Assembly (NCBI GenBank): GCA_029762535.1
Contig: JARVGK010000001.1
Span: forward strand, 1 to 64,000
Reading direction: 5' to 3'
DNA: 64,000 nucleotides
Source: Thermoplasmatota archaeon
Lineage (GTDB): Archaea; Thermoplasmatota; Penumbrarchaeia; Penumbrarchaeales; Penumbrarchaeaceae
Below, piece after piece: positions 36,922-46,705 of the stretch. The notes beneath the pieces are model-generated. The model searched no databases. It saw nothing but the letters and a program-made list of their open reading frames with translations, and was not told the DNA's origin. The number at the start of each line of letters is the position of its first letter. The stretch's first letter is position 1. Made by a program: the position numbers and the translations under genes.

Positions 36922-38169
36922 ATGGGGGTCCGAAGGATGCATAGGCCTATCGAGATGATAATCGAGGATGTTTTCACGCTCAAAGGCTACGGTATCATCC
37001 GATCCTCGCCGGAGAACAGGTTGATCGTGGCCATAAAGAAAGGCTCAAAGCTCGCGATCGGCTACTCGGACCTCGAGGTACCGACGACGCCAGGGGAGAT
37101 CGAGATGTTCGAATCGATGGCCGAGTCAGAAGGGGCCAAGGAGCGGGTCTTCATCTCCCCCGCAAGGATAGGCAAGGACACATTACTGATGCTGAAGGAA
37201 AAGGGCATCGAGGTCTGGGACAGGACCGCGTTCGTCCTTGCGATCGGCGAGGCCGCTCTTAGGAACGCCGCACAGGGGGAGTCCGTGGAGGAATGGGAGC
37301 CCCTGGATGAGGGGGCTGACCATCCGCAGACGTCGGACCAGCCTGAAGATATCGATCCCGTTGCCGAGCTGAGGAGGTATCAGAGGGAGATCGGACCCGC
37401 CGATACCGAGTTCAGGATCACCAGGGTGGACATATCCAAGAGGCCCTCCAGGAAAGAGGCAGCCCTCCCGAAGCCAAATGCTTCGGAGGTCAGGATAAGG
37501 CCCCCTCATCCGCATTGCGGAGGATCCCTTGAAACAGATATCCGTCCCCCCTCGGAGGACCTATCGCAGGATCCGCCGATAATTGAGGAGGCCATGGAGG
37601 GGGAAATGAAGATCAATGGGGGAGACCCTGCCCTTGAATGGAACGACGCGCCCTCCGCTCCCGTGAAAGTGTCCATGGAGGAGGCCATGGAGATGGCCCC
37701 TGGGAACATATCGGGACTGGAACTTGTATTCCGCCCCCTGATCCACCTCTCGTTGGAGTATGATCTGAAGGAGATAGGCGGACCTGCCGCGGACCGCAGG
37801 AGCGGATCGGTCATGATAGATCTCGTTGACGGGGCGGTAATGGACATGCCCCCATCGATCATGGATGCCCTCTCCCCTCGGTCCAAGAAGGATGATACGG
37901 TCATCGATCCGCCTCGGATCGACGAGGCCCTTGCCCTTGATAGGTGCATAGGGTGGATAAAGGAAAACGACCGCAGCCTGGAGAGAAAGCTTCACGATGG
38001 AATGATGAGCACCGTGTTCGCCGAGGTTGAAGCGTCGATGGAAAATAGCTCGCTGAAGGTCATGATCGAAAAGAGGATGCTGATCCCGGTATGGAAGGGG
38101 GAGCTATCCATTGACGGGTCCCCGTGGATCATCGATGCGTATTCGGGGATGCAGAGGAGGGGGCGATAA
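36922..38169 (+). CDS. Hypothetical protein with N-terminal Mrr/restriction-endonuclease-like fold
   Basis: 'IEDVFTLKGY', 'RVFIS..GIEVWDR' resemble Mrr_cat; catalytic D..(E/Q)xK not evident. Confidence 0.55.
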   Translation: MGVRRMHRPIEMIIEDVFTLKGYGIIRSSPENRLIVAIKKGSKLAIGYSDLEVPTTPGEIEMFESMAESEGAKERVFISPARIGKDTLLMLKEKGIEVWDRTAFVLAIGEAALRNAAQGESVEEWEPLDEGADHPQTSDQPEDIDPVAELRRYQREIGPADTEFRITRVDISKRPSRKEAALPKPNASEVRIRPPHPHCGGSLETDIRPPSEDLSQDPPIIEEAMEGEMKINGGDPALEWNDAPSAPVKVSMEEAMEMAPGNISGLELVFRPLIHLSLEYDLKEIGGPAADRRSGSVMIDLVDGAVMDMPPSIMDALSPRSKKDDTVIDPPRIDEALALDRCIGWIKENDRSLERKLHDGMMSTVFAEVEASMENSSLKVMIEKRMLIPVWKGELSIDGSPWIIDAYSGMQRRGR

Positions 38170-38242
38170 TATGTTTATTTACGAAAAACCATTACCCTGA
38201 AGGGATGGTGGCAAAGGCATCGTTTCAGGTCAGGTGTTGTGT

Positions 38243-39874
38243 TTGAAGTACATATTCGTAACAGGGGGGGTCCTGTCCGGTCTGGGAAAAGGCATTGCCA
38301 CCTCATCTATCGGCCTCCTGCTGAAAAGGTGCGGTTACAAGGTGACGGCCATAAAGATCGACCCTTACCTGAACTGCGACGCCGGCACTATGAACCCTTA
38401 CGAGCACGGAGAGGTCTTCGTCCTCCACGACGGGGGCGAGGTGGACCTGGACCTTGGGAATTACGAGCGCTTCCTGGACACGGAGCTTTCATCCGAGCAT
38501 AATATAACGACCGGGAAGGTCTATCTCTCCGTCATAGATCGGGAGAGGAAGGGGGACTATCTCGGAAAGACCGTCCAGATAATACCCCACATAGTGAATG
38601 AGATCAAAACTTCGATAACACGGGTGGCAGTATCGGCAGGCGCCGATGTGTGCATGGTCGAGATGGGGGGCACGGTCGGCGACATAGAATCGATGCCCTT
38701 CCTGGAGGCCGCAAGGCAGATGCACATGGAGCATGGCCCCGAGAACGTCATCTTCGTGCACACGACCCTCATCCCCATAATGGGCGTCGTGGGAGAACAG
38801 AAGACCAAACCGACCCAGCATTCCGTTAAGGAGCTCAGGTCCATCGGGATACAGCCCAACATCATAGTAGGCAGGTGCTCGGAACCCCTCGACGCCTCCA
38901 CGAAGGAGAAGATCTCGCTCTTCTGCAACGTGAGGCCAGAAGCGGTGATCTCCGCCCATGACCTGAAGAACACCTACAAGGTCCCGCTGCTCCTTCAGGA
39001 GCAGAACGTGGTTGGGATAATCCATGGTCTACTGCGCATGAAGGAGATGCCGTGTGACATGGAGCCATGGTCCGATTTCGTCGACCGTTTCGAATCCTCC
39101 GAGGGCGTGGTTAGGATCGCCATAGTCGGGAAATATACGGGATTGAAGGACTCGTACATCTCCCATTACAAGGCCTTCGAGCACGCCGGTGCCGAGTGCG
39201 GGGTCAACGTCGAGCTGGAATGGATAGATGCCCCCGAGGCCGAGCACGATTTCGAGAAGGAGAAACGAGTCATGTTATCACGTCTGGCAGAATGCCATGG
39301 CATACTCGTCCCCGGCGGTTTCGGTTCAAGGGGGACAAGGGGAAAATTGGAAGCTGTGAGGTTTGCCAGGGAGAACGATGTCCCCTTCCTTGGGATATGC
39401 CTAGGGCTGCAGATAGCGGTGACAGAGTTCGCAAGGAACGTCATGGGGCTGGAGAAAGCGAATTCCACCGAGTTCGATCCCGATACGCCCCATCCCGTCG
39501 TGGACATTCTGCCCGAACAGCTGCGGGTGAAGAACAAGGGAGGGACCATGAGGCTCGGGGCCCAGAAGAGCATTATCAGGCCCGGCACCCTTGCCTACAG
39601 GCTTTACGGGAAGGAAGTCATATACGAGCGGCACAGGCACCGCTACGAGATCAACCCGGCAATGATCGAGAGCATAGAAAGGGCAGGATGGGTTTTCAGT
39701 GCTGTATCCGATGACGGGATAAAAATGGAGATAGGAGAGCTGCCCGGGAAACTGTTCCACATAGGCTCCCAGTTCCATCCCGAATTCCTCTCGCATCCCA
39801 ACAGGCCCGCTCCGCTTTTCCTGGGTCTCGTGAGAGCGGCCGTTGAGTTCAAGGAGCGGGAGGCAGGGAGTTAG
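38243..39874 (+). CDS. pyrG: CTP synthase
   Basis: '[16 protein letters not shown]', 'KTKPTQHSV', 'GICLG', 'HRHRYE', 'QFHPE'. Confidence 0.99.
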   Translation: MKYIFVTGGVLSGLGKGIATSSIGLLLKRCGYKVTAIKIDPYLNCDAGTMNPYEHGEVFVLHDGGEVDLDLGNYERFLDTELSSEHNITTGKVYLSVIDRERKGDYLGKTVQIIPHIVNEIKTSITRVAVSAGADVCMVEMGGTVGDIESMPFLEAARQMHMEHGPENVIFVHTTLIPIMGVVGEQKTKPTQHSVKELRSIGIQPNIIVGRCSEPLDASTKEKISLFCNVRPEAVISAHDLKNTYKVPLLLQEQNVVGIIHGLLRMKEMPCDMEPWSDFVDRFESSEGVVRIAIVGKYTGLKDSYISHYKAFEHAGAECGVNVELEWIDAPEAEHDFEKEKRVMLSRLAECHGILVPGGFGSRGTRGKLEAVRFARENDVPFLGICLGLQIAVTEFARNVMGLEKANSTEFDPDTPHPVVDILPEQLRVKNKGGTMRLGAQKSIIRPGTLAYRLYGKEVIYERHRHRYEINPAMIESIERAGWVFSAVSDDGIKMEIGELPGKLFHIGSQFHPEFLSHPNRPAPLFLGLVRAAVEFKEREAGS

Positions 39875-40999
39875 ATGGGTCTGTCCTCTGGCGATCGGAT
39901 CATCCTTTATCTCGGCCGATCGGACAGGGGCAGGGACATCGACCATGGCTTCGATCAAAAGGAGATATCCCAAGGCTGCTGCATAGGAAGGACCCATGTC
40001 CCAAGATCGATCAGACCCCTCATGGAGGCGGGCCTCGTTCGTGAAGAGAAGAAAAGGGTCCCTGGAAAGGGGAGATTGGTGAAGAGGTATCGCCTCACCG
40101 TCGAAGGGTCCGCCGCCATGGATGAGATAAGGGAGGGCCTTCGATCGATGAGGGTCTCCCTGATAGGTCCGGAAGGCCTCAAGAACACCATGGACCCTTT
40201 TTCCGCTCTCTCCCTGGCCAACACGTATCTGGAGAGGATGTCCATGGTGTCGATCATGCTTTCCCAGCTCATGTCCATTGACAGCGACCCTATACGTTGG
40301 GATGAGGTCATTGAGCTGTCGTTGTCCTCGCCGAACAGATCGTCCCCCATTCAAATTCCAGCAGGTTGGGGGTCCGTACCTACTCCCAAGGCCCCTAAGA
40401 TGTACATCCCGGTCCCCGGCGATGAGGATCGATTGAGGAGAATGATATCTTCCGAGGGGATGGCGGTCGTTCAGGGTGTGTTCGGGTCAGGGAGGAGGAC
40501 CGTTACGTCGAGGGTGTTCCAGGCTATGGGAAGAAAGCCGATCTGGATCGCCAGGTCCGATAACGGGGAGCCGGTCAAGCTCCATGAGAACTTCGATGCG
40601 ATCGTGATCCTGGAAGGGGAGGGTACAGACCCATACTCCCTGATAACGTCCTCCTGTCCCGGGGCAAGATACGACCCCAGGGGGGAGGGCTGGAGCGATG
40701 ACCTGTCATCGCTGCCATTGGTCGTGATCCATTCAGGTAGGGACCCGTTGAACGCACCGACGCTCGAGCTATCTCCACTTCCGTTCGAGGATTTCGAAAA
40801 GGCCCTGTCGCCTCTTGGCATGAAGGAAGGCACGGTCTTGGCGATATACGAGGCAACGGGAGGGATCCCTCTCGCGGTCCGTACCCTCCTGGATATGGAC
40901 CCTGAGGACCTGTCGATAACGCTCAGAGGATCCCGGGACCAGGTGGTATTCCGCGTCCTGTTGATGCTAAAGAAAATAGAAAAGGAGACGAAACCTTAA
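39875..40999 (+). CDS. Winged-helix protein with degenerate STAND-like NTPase domain
   Basis: wHTH 'QKEISQ..RTHVPRSIRPLMEAGLV..YRLTVEG'; P-loop-like GVFGSGRRT; GxP motif 'IYEATGGIPLAV'. Confidence 0.65.
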   Translation: MGLSSGDRIILYLGRSDRGRDIDHGFDQKEISQGCCIGRTHVPRSIRPLMEAGLVREEKKRVPGKGRLVKRYRLTVEGSAAMDEIREGLRSMRVSLIGPEGLKNTMDPFSALSLANTYLERMSMVSIMLSQLMSIDSDPIRWDEVIELSLSSPNRSSPIQIPAGWGSVPTPKAPKMYIPVPGDEDRLRRMISSEGMAVVQGVFGSGRRTVTSRVFQAMGRKPIWIARSDNGEPVKLHENFDAIVILEGEGTDPYSLITSSCPGARYDPRGEGWSDDLSSLPLVVIHSGRDPLNAPTLELSPLPFEDFEKALSPLGMKEGTVLAIYEATGGIPLAVRTLLDMDPEDLSITLRGSRDQVVFRVLLMLKKIEKETKP

Positions 41000-41031
41000 A
41001 AATCCATGTATGGGAATGGAGTTCGATCGTA

Positions 41032-42012
41032 ATGCCAGAAATGTCCTCCAAAGTGGAATGCCCCGATTGTGGGCAGCCCCTGCTAACTAAGAACCTATCC
41101 AAGCATTACAGGAGGTACCATCCAGGTGTGGATCCGAGGCTCAGATTAAGGGAGAGCCATCGGCGCAAGCCCAAGAGGATAAGGTTCGACACCAGCGTCA
41201 GCCCTATGATAGTGTCCATCATAGTGATCCTCGTCCTGGCTGTATTGATCATCGGGGGCCTGATCACCTATCGCCTCCTGAACCCTGTAGAGACCATTCC
41301 GGAATCCAGAAGGTTCTTCTTCTCCTCCTCCGACGGAGCGATAATAAACGGTACCTTCTACGGCACCTACTTTTCCGGTGCCCCCACCGTTTATCTCTTC
41401 CATGATATTGGCCAGGACAGGAGCGTTTGGGATGATCACGCGAGATATCTCCAGGAAAAGGGGTTCAACGCAGTGGCGGTCGATCTCAGGGGCCACGGAG
41501 AATCGGTCATGAGCATAAAGAGCGCGTCCAAGACCTACGATCACATGACGATGACCCATAGAGAGTTCCTCAACATGTCCTTCGACCTCTTCGGAGCTTA
41601 CGAATGGGTCCAGGGCAGTAGGGATGGAAAGCGCAACACCGATGCGGGAAAAAACGGCATGGTCGTCGCCACGGGGGAACTTGGCGCGATAATATTCGAT
41701 CAGGCGGCGAAGATGTCACGCCAGTGGATAGTTGCAGGAGCCGTTCTAACGCCGGTGCTCGAGGCCTACGGCATCGACATGTATCAGGTATCCTGGGATT
41801 GGGGCGGAATAAGACCGTTAATGCTCGTCACGAGCCAGTACGACGGCACATCGAAGCTCTCCCTCGAGAAGATGGCGGACAACAGGCCCGAGAACTCGAG
41901 GACGATACTCATAGAGGACTTCAAGTCCGGCTACGAGCTGATGGAGTTCCCATTGGTACGGACCATGATCACGGAGACCTTCAACGAAGGGATACGCGTC
42001 TCCCCCGGTTGA
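41032..42012 (+). CDS. C2H2 zinc finger, TM and alpha/beta-hydrolase-fold protein (nucleophile Ser apparently absent)
   Basis: CPDC..H..H; TM; 'VYLFHDIG..VW', 'AVDLRGHGES'; elbow region reads VVATGELG. Confidence 0.7.
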   Translation: MPEMSSKVECPDCGQPLLTKNLSKHYRRYHPGVDPRLRLRESHRRKPKRIRFDTSVSPMIVSIIVILVLAVLIIGGLITYRLLNPVETIPESRRFFFSSSDGAIINGTFYGTYFSGAPTVYLFHDIGQDRSVWDDHARYLQEKGFNAVAVDLRGHGESVMSIKSASKTYDHMTMTHREFLNMSFDLFGAYEWVQGSRDGKRNTDAGKNGMVVATGELGAIIFDQAAKMSRQWIVAGAVLTPVLEAYGIDMYQVSWDWGGIRPLMLVTSQYDGTSKLSLEKMADNRPENSRTILIEDFKSGYELMEFPLVRTMITETFNEGIRVSPG

Positions 42013-42556
42013 TGATGACCAGCATTGCTGCGGCCAGGAGTGGCGCGGCGAGGACCTCCCATCCGAGGGGCGATCTCTTTGCCTCTCCGTTACCGTTGCC
42101 ATCATCGTCCTTACGCTCGAAATATATCGTTATCGTCTCGGAATTCTCGGTCGGATCGGTATCTCCATCGGTCGCAGAGCCCTCGGCGGTGACGAAGAAC
42201 CTGACGTCTATGAATTGATCCCCAGAGGGGTCCGTCTTCTCGAAGGGGCCGATGCTCGCCGTCCAGATATCGCTATCGGCTGCTCTCGTCATATCTACGG
42301 GGATGTCAAGGCCGCAGTAGGTTTCCGTGCATAACGAGTATTTCAGGGTCACCTTGACAGGTTCGCAGTCTATGAACATGGGCGTCGCGTTGACTCTTAT
42401 GACGTCATCGTGGGTCGGCTTCGTCGGCGAATACGATATGGAGCCTTCTTCCATCAATATCGCCGCTCCCTCGGCGTCGCTGATCATGAGCGTTGACAGG
42501 GCCATGAGCGAAAGTAACGATATGACCGCCATCGCTGAATATCCAATGTCCTTCAT
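41981..42556 (-). CDS. Secreted Ig-like protein with C-terminal membrane anchor
   Basis: Signal peptide from ATG 42556; 'YSPTKPT', 'WTASIGPF'; 'SPLGWE'-TM-basic tail resembles an archaeal sorting signal. Confidence 0.65.
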   Translation of the reverse strand: MKDIGYSAMAVISLLSLMALSTLMISDAEGAAILMEEGSISYSPTKPTHDDVIRVNATPMFIDCEPVKVTLKYSLCTETYCGLDIPVDMTRAADSDIWTASIGPFEKTDPSGDQFIDVRFFVTAEGSATDGDTDPTENSETITIYFERKDDDGNGNGEAKRSPLGWEVLAAPLLAAAMLVIINRGRRVSLR

Positions 42557-42692
42557 GACCTCAAAGAGATGTGGCGGCCCTTTATCTATCTTTTCCGAAA
42601 CGGCCCTCCATCGTCCCGAACGAGCATCACTCCATGGAAAGGGTTTAAATCGGCCCAATAGATTGCCCCCTTCATCTCTATGGGGGATAAAG

Positions 42693-43460
42693 ATGGAGAC
42701 CGCCCTAGGAATAAAGCAGAGGATCATAGAGAAGATGGCCGACATCGACGCGGCGAAGTCGAGGTGGGTGGCCATAATGGTGTTCTTCCTCATCATCTTC
42801 GGAATAGCCCTGGGGATATTCTTCTCCCCCGCATCGGAGCTCGGCACCCAGAAGATGATCTATCAGAACCTCAAGGTCAACGCCAACACCATAGACCGCT
42901 ACGAGGTCGTGGCCGTTCCCGGCATGTTCACCATGACCTTCGAGGTGGAGATGGACGCTTCCCCGGGACTCGAGAACAACTGGGTCTTCGCCTATCTATA
43001 CAGGGATCAGCCCCCTGACATGAGCAAGGCCGAGGTGGAGGAGGACATGAGGCCGTTCCTCCTGTCTAACGCCTACCTTGCCCAGAGGCTCACATACGAA
43101 AGCAACAGGGTGGAATGGGTCGTCCCCTGGGTTGATTCGGGTTCAACGGTCTATTACGTGGTGCTATACAATCCCAAGAACCAGGAGAACCTCTATCAGG
43201 GCGACATGACCCCTGTTAAGGTGACCTCGTATTACGAGCCCACCCTTCCGCTTATACCGATCACATTCCTTTTCCTTCTGATAATAATCCCCCTGGGCAT
43301 AGTCAGGATATACGTTCTGAACCAGAAGAAGAAGGAGCTGAGGATACAGCTGTCCCTGGACCTGGACAACCTTTCGAACGAGGACAGGATCAGGCTGGGC
43401 ATTCCAATGGAGCCCATGCCTCCCCCGGGGGCGAGGCAGGGCATGCCCCCCCCCAGTTGA
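42693..43460 (+). CDS. Two-TM membrane protein with Pro-rich tail
   Basis: ATG 42693; two TMs; PMPPPGARQGMPPPS tail. Confidence 0.7.
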   Translation: METALGIKQRIIEKMADIDAAKSRWVAIMVFFLIIFGIALGIFFSPASELGTQKMIYQNLKVNANTIDRYEVVAVPGMFTMTFEVEMDASPGLENNWVFAYLYRDQPPDMSKAEVEEDMRPFLLSNAYLAQRLTYESNRVEWVVPWVDSGSTVYYVVLYNPKNQENLYQGDMTPVKVTSYYEPTLPLIPITFLFLLIIIPLGIVRIYVLNQKKKELRIQLSLDLDNLSNEDRIRLGIPMEPMPPPGARQGMPPPS

Positions 43461-43532
43461 GACCGGACCACGTGAGATGGGCAACCCTTTTATGCCTCGA
43501 CCACCTACCCTCTTCTCCCTAAACGAACGGGG

Positions 43533-44840
43533 GTGAATCATTTGGACGAGGACAGTCTTGCGCCCGTCATCCAGGAGATAAAAGGGGCGCTTCAGGATAT
43601 GGATGAGGAAAAGCTGAGAGAGGAATTGAACAAGTACTTGATGTACGGGATAAACCTAAGAGAGGCCAGGAACGCGATCATCAGGAAATACGGTGGAAGG
43701 CCCAATACCGCATCGATCGGAACATTGGACCTAAAGGACCTGACAGGGGCCGAGAACAATTTCGATGTGATAGTGAGATGCATGGGTTGCAGCGAGAGGA
43801 TGCTCAAGACCCAGAACGGGGAGAAGCCCCTTGTCATCGGGCTCCTGGCGGACAGGACCATGATCAGGCGTTTCTCTTCCTGGGAAGGGCACATGCTCGA
43901 GAAGGGCCGGACCTATGTGATCCACGGAGCCTCTGCCAGACCCTTCAGAGGTGAGGTGGAGATCAGTCTCGGACCCTACGCCACTTTCGAGGAGCCGGAA
44001 GAGGACCCGCTGGCTGACCTCGATGTCGGGGGCCTACCCAGATATGGCCCGCTCGTTCAGGTCAAGCTGAAGGACATACATCACGGCATGGGCAACGTAG
44101 AGGTCGTCGGGAAGATAATCGGGATGGAGGAAAAGACGATAACGGCCAACGATTCTCCAAAGAGGATAATCGACGGTATGATGGCCGATGAGACCAAAAG
44201 GCTAAGGTTCACATGCTGGTCGGAACTGCCTTACAATGTTGGTGACGTTATCAGGGTCAAGGGTGCCTACGTCAAGGACTGGAGGGGGATCCCACAGGTG
44301 AATTTCGATGAAAGGGCCGAGATAGACCTGTTGGAAGATGTGGAGATCGACATAGAGGGCTCGAGGCGTCTTAACGCCGAGGACCTTCAGTTCGCGGGCG
44401 CGACCGATGTCGAGGTCAGGGGCGTCCTGATAGAGATCAGGGAGGGCTCCGGGCTGATATTCAGATGTCCTGTCTGCAATAGGGCGCTGACCTCTGGTAC
44501 CTGCGCGGTCCATTCGGAACAGGAGGGGGTGCCCGATCTCAGGGTCAAGGTGGTAATAGACGACGGGACCGGGTCGCTCTTCGCGGTCCTCAACACCGAG
44601 ATCACGGAGGAGCTGCTTTGCATGGACGTCCCGGAATGCGTCAGGAAATACGGGACCACGGACGGAAGGGAGCTGATCGAACAGCTCAACAAAAGGCTCC
44701 TGGGCAGGACCTTCGTACTGCGAGGGAACGTGATCAAGGACGATTTCGGGTCCACCATGTTGCCGGGGTCGATCTCCGAGGATGAATTCCCCTATATGGA
44801 TGAGGTCAAGAGCATCCTTGAAACCATGGAGGGATACTGA
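43533..44840 (+). CDS. Replication protein A large subunit (OB folds and zinc finger)
   Basis: OB motifs 'GLLADRT', 'GMMADET..FTCW', 'IDDGTG'; CPVC..C..H finger. Confidence 0.9.
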   Translation: MNHLDEDSLAPVIQEIKGALQDMDEEKLREELNKYLMYGINLREARNAIIRKYGGRPNTASIGTLDLKDLTGAENNFDVIVRCMGCSERMLKTQNGEKPLVIGLLADRTMIRRFSSWEGHMLEKGRTYVIHGASARPFRGEVEISLGPYATFEEPEEDPLADLDVGGLPRYGPLVQVKLKDIHHGMGNVEVVGKIIGMEEKTITANDSPKRIIDGMMADETKRLRFTCWSELPYNVGDVIRVKGAYVKDWRGIPQVNFDERAEIDLLEDVEIDIEGSRRLNAEDLQFAGATDVEVRGVLIEIREGSGLIFRCPVCNRALTSGTCAVHSEQEGVPDLRVKVVIDDGTGSLFAVLNTEITEELLCMDVPECVRKYGTTDGRELIEQLNKRLLGRTFVLRGNVIKDDFGSTMLPGSISEDEFPYMDEVKSILETMEGY

Positions 44841-45707
44841 ATGGTCAGAGGAAGGGAGACGGCGCAGAGGTTATTCGCCGTGGAATACAACTCCTCCAGG
44901 TTCGAGGACAGGGCCATAGAGGAGAACGCCCCGAACTACGTGATCACACCTCTGGGCAGTCATGTCAACCGGCTCTTCTTCATGGGGGTGCTCATGAACA
45001 AGACCAATACCGGGACAGGTGATCTGCCGAACTTCAAAGCCGAGGTGAGGGACCCAACCGGGACGTTCTATCTCTATGCGGGGCAGTACCAGCCGCAGCC
45101 TTTGGCCGTGCTCTCGCATCTGGAGCCTCCAGCCCTCGTGGGCGTGGTCGGAAAGGTCCGGACGTTCACCAAGGAAGATGGAACGTTCTATTCCTCCGTC
45201 AAACCCGAATCCATTTTCAAAGTGGACGTCCCGCAAAGGGACAGATGGGTCCTTGAGACGTCACGCTTCACCCTTGAAAGGATAAAGGCCTACGAGGACG
45301 TCTTGGAGATGGAGGAACCGTCCCTGGAATTACTGGCAGAGAAAGGCCATCCCACAAGGGCCGGGGAATGCGCCTTGGACGCCTTGAGGCATTACGGGAG
45401 GTCCGAGGTCAAGGCCTACGCCGATGCCGTGAAGATCGCCCTCATGGCGGTGGTGGAGGGGAATGGAAGGCCGGTGGAAATTGGGAACGCCGAGCCCGTG
45501 AAGGAGGATATTGGCGAGGACGTCAAGGCCACCGTTCTCTCCATAATAAAGGAGCTTTCAGGGGAGCGAGGCGCTCTCTACAGGGACATAATGAAGGAGT
45601 GTGAGGCCCGCTCGATAGACAAGATAACATTGGAAGAGATCATTCAAGCGCTTCTCGATGAGGGTCAGGTTTACGAGCCAACCATAGGGCTCATCAAATC
45701 CATTTGA
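44841..45707 (+). CDS. RPA-associated protein (OB fold and C-terminal winged helix)
   Basis: 'RETAQRLFAVE', 'PNYVITPLG..NRLF', 'DPTGTF', 'GQVYEP'; adjacent to RPA. Confidence 0.88.
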   Translation: MVRGRETAQRLFAVEYNSSRFEDRAIEENAPNYVITPLGSHVNRLFFMGVLMNKTNTGTGDLPNFKAEVRDPTGTFYLYAGQYQPQPLAVLSHLEPPALVGVVGKVRTFTKEDGTFYSSVKPESIFKVDVPQRDRWVLETSRFTLERIKAYEDVLEMEEPSLELLAEKGHPTRAGECALDALRHYGRSEVKAYADAVKIALMAVVEGNGRPVEIGNAEPVKEDIGEDVKATVLSIIKELSGERGALYRDIMKECEARSIDKITLEEIIQALLDEGQVYEPTIGLIKSI

Positions 45708-45726
45708 TCGGAATGGAGGCCAAGAC

Positions 45727-46344
45727 TTGTCCCGTGAATGGATCAGGAATAGGAAAGCGGACCATTACCATCGGAGGGCGACCCATGAGGGATACAGGTC
45801 CAGGGCTGCCTACAAGCTCAAGGAGATCGACGACCGGATCGGCATGCTCAAGATCGGATCGAGGGTCCTCGACGTCGGAGCGTCCCCAGGGGGGTGGTCA
45901 CAGGTGGCCAAAGAGCGAGTGGGGGACGGTATCGTCGTCGCAGTGGACCTCGGGGACATGCCACCCATAGATGGTGTGTCCTTCATCAGGGGGGATATAT
46001 CGGAGAGGGCCACCATCGATAGGATCAAGGACATATGCCAGGAGTTCGATGTCGTGCTGTCGGATGCCTCACCCAGGTTATCCGGTAACAAGGTCTATGA
46101 CAGGGGGAGGGACCTCGCTCTTTGCTGGTCCGTTATGGAGCTGGCACAGGAGATGCTCAGGCCGGGGGGAACTACCGTCATAAAGATGTTCCAGGGCGAC
46201 GAGCTCATCGAGCTGAGGGAACATTTTTCCATTATGTACCGGTCCGTTGACACCCTGAAGCCCAGGAGCTCCCTCAACAGGTCAAGTGAGGTCTATCTCG
46301 CCTTCAGAAGGCTGCTCCGAGATCATCCAGCACCCGGTGCATGA
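45727..46344 (+). CDS. rlmE: 23S rRNA 2'-O-methyltransferase RlmE/FtsJ
   Basis: 'GYRSRAAYKL', 'DVGASPGGWSQ', 'LSDASP', 'KMFQG', 'SSEVY'. Confidence 0.96.
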   Translation: MSREWIRNRKADHYHRRATHEGYRSRAAYKLKEIDDRIGMLKIGSRVLDVGASPGGWSQVAKERVGDGIVVAVDLGDMPPIDGVSFIRGDISERATIDRIKDICQEFDVVLSDASPRLSGNKVYDRGRDLALCWSVMELAQEMLRPGGTTVIKMFQGDELIELREHFSIMYRSVDTLKPRSSLNRSSEVYLAFRRLLRDHPAPGA

Positions 46345-46674
46345 GGAGGATCCCTCGGGGACCTCGGTGCCGCAGTAGGGACAGAGCCCGGGAGTGGAGG
46401 AAGCCGAGAGCGGCGGATTCGAATCCAGGAGGTCCCTGTACCTGGAGAGCATCTCCCCATCGCATAGATGGGAACCGTTGTTCTCCTGCGATGGATCGGA
46501 ATAATCTGCGAAGTCGGCGAACAGAGCTCGCCCCTCGTACATCGGCTCCTGGGCGTAACCCGAGAACCTCGCTCTGCAGCTGCTGCAGTAATAGACAACC
46601 AACCCGTCCGGGCTGTAGAAAGGCAGCAGCACTCCGGAGCCGCAGGCCCTGCATTCGGCCAGTTCGACCATCAT
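46282..46674 (-). CDS. Double zinc-ribbon hypothetical protein
   Basis: RBS GAGGTGA; CRAC..CSSC and CPYC..CTGC. Confidence 0.65.
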   Translation of the reverse strand: MMVELAECRACGSGVLLPFYSPDGLVVYYCSSCRARFSGYAQEPMYEGRALFADFADYSDPSQENNGSHLCDGEMLSRYRDLLDSNPPLSASSTPGLCPYCGTEVPEGSSSCTGCWMISEQPSEGEIDLT

Positions 46675-46705
46675 AATCACCTCTTGAGGTGTAACCGGCA
46701 CCTGA

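Noticed and set aside
42327-42847. Long mutual overlap of ORFs 41981..42847 and 42327..43460
   Set aside because: Disappears when starts are set at 42556 and 42693, leaving a normal divergent promoter gap.
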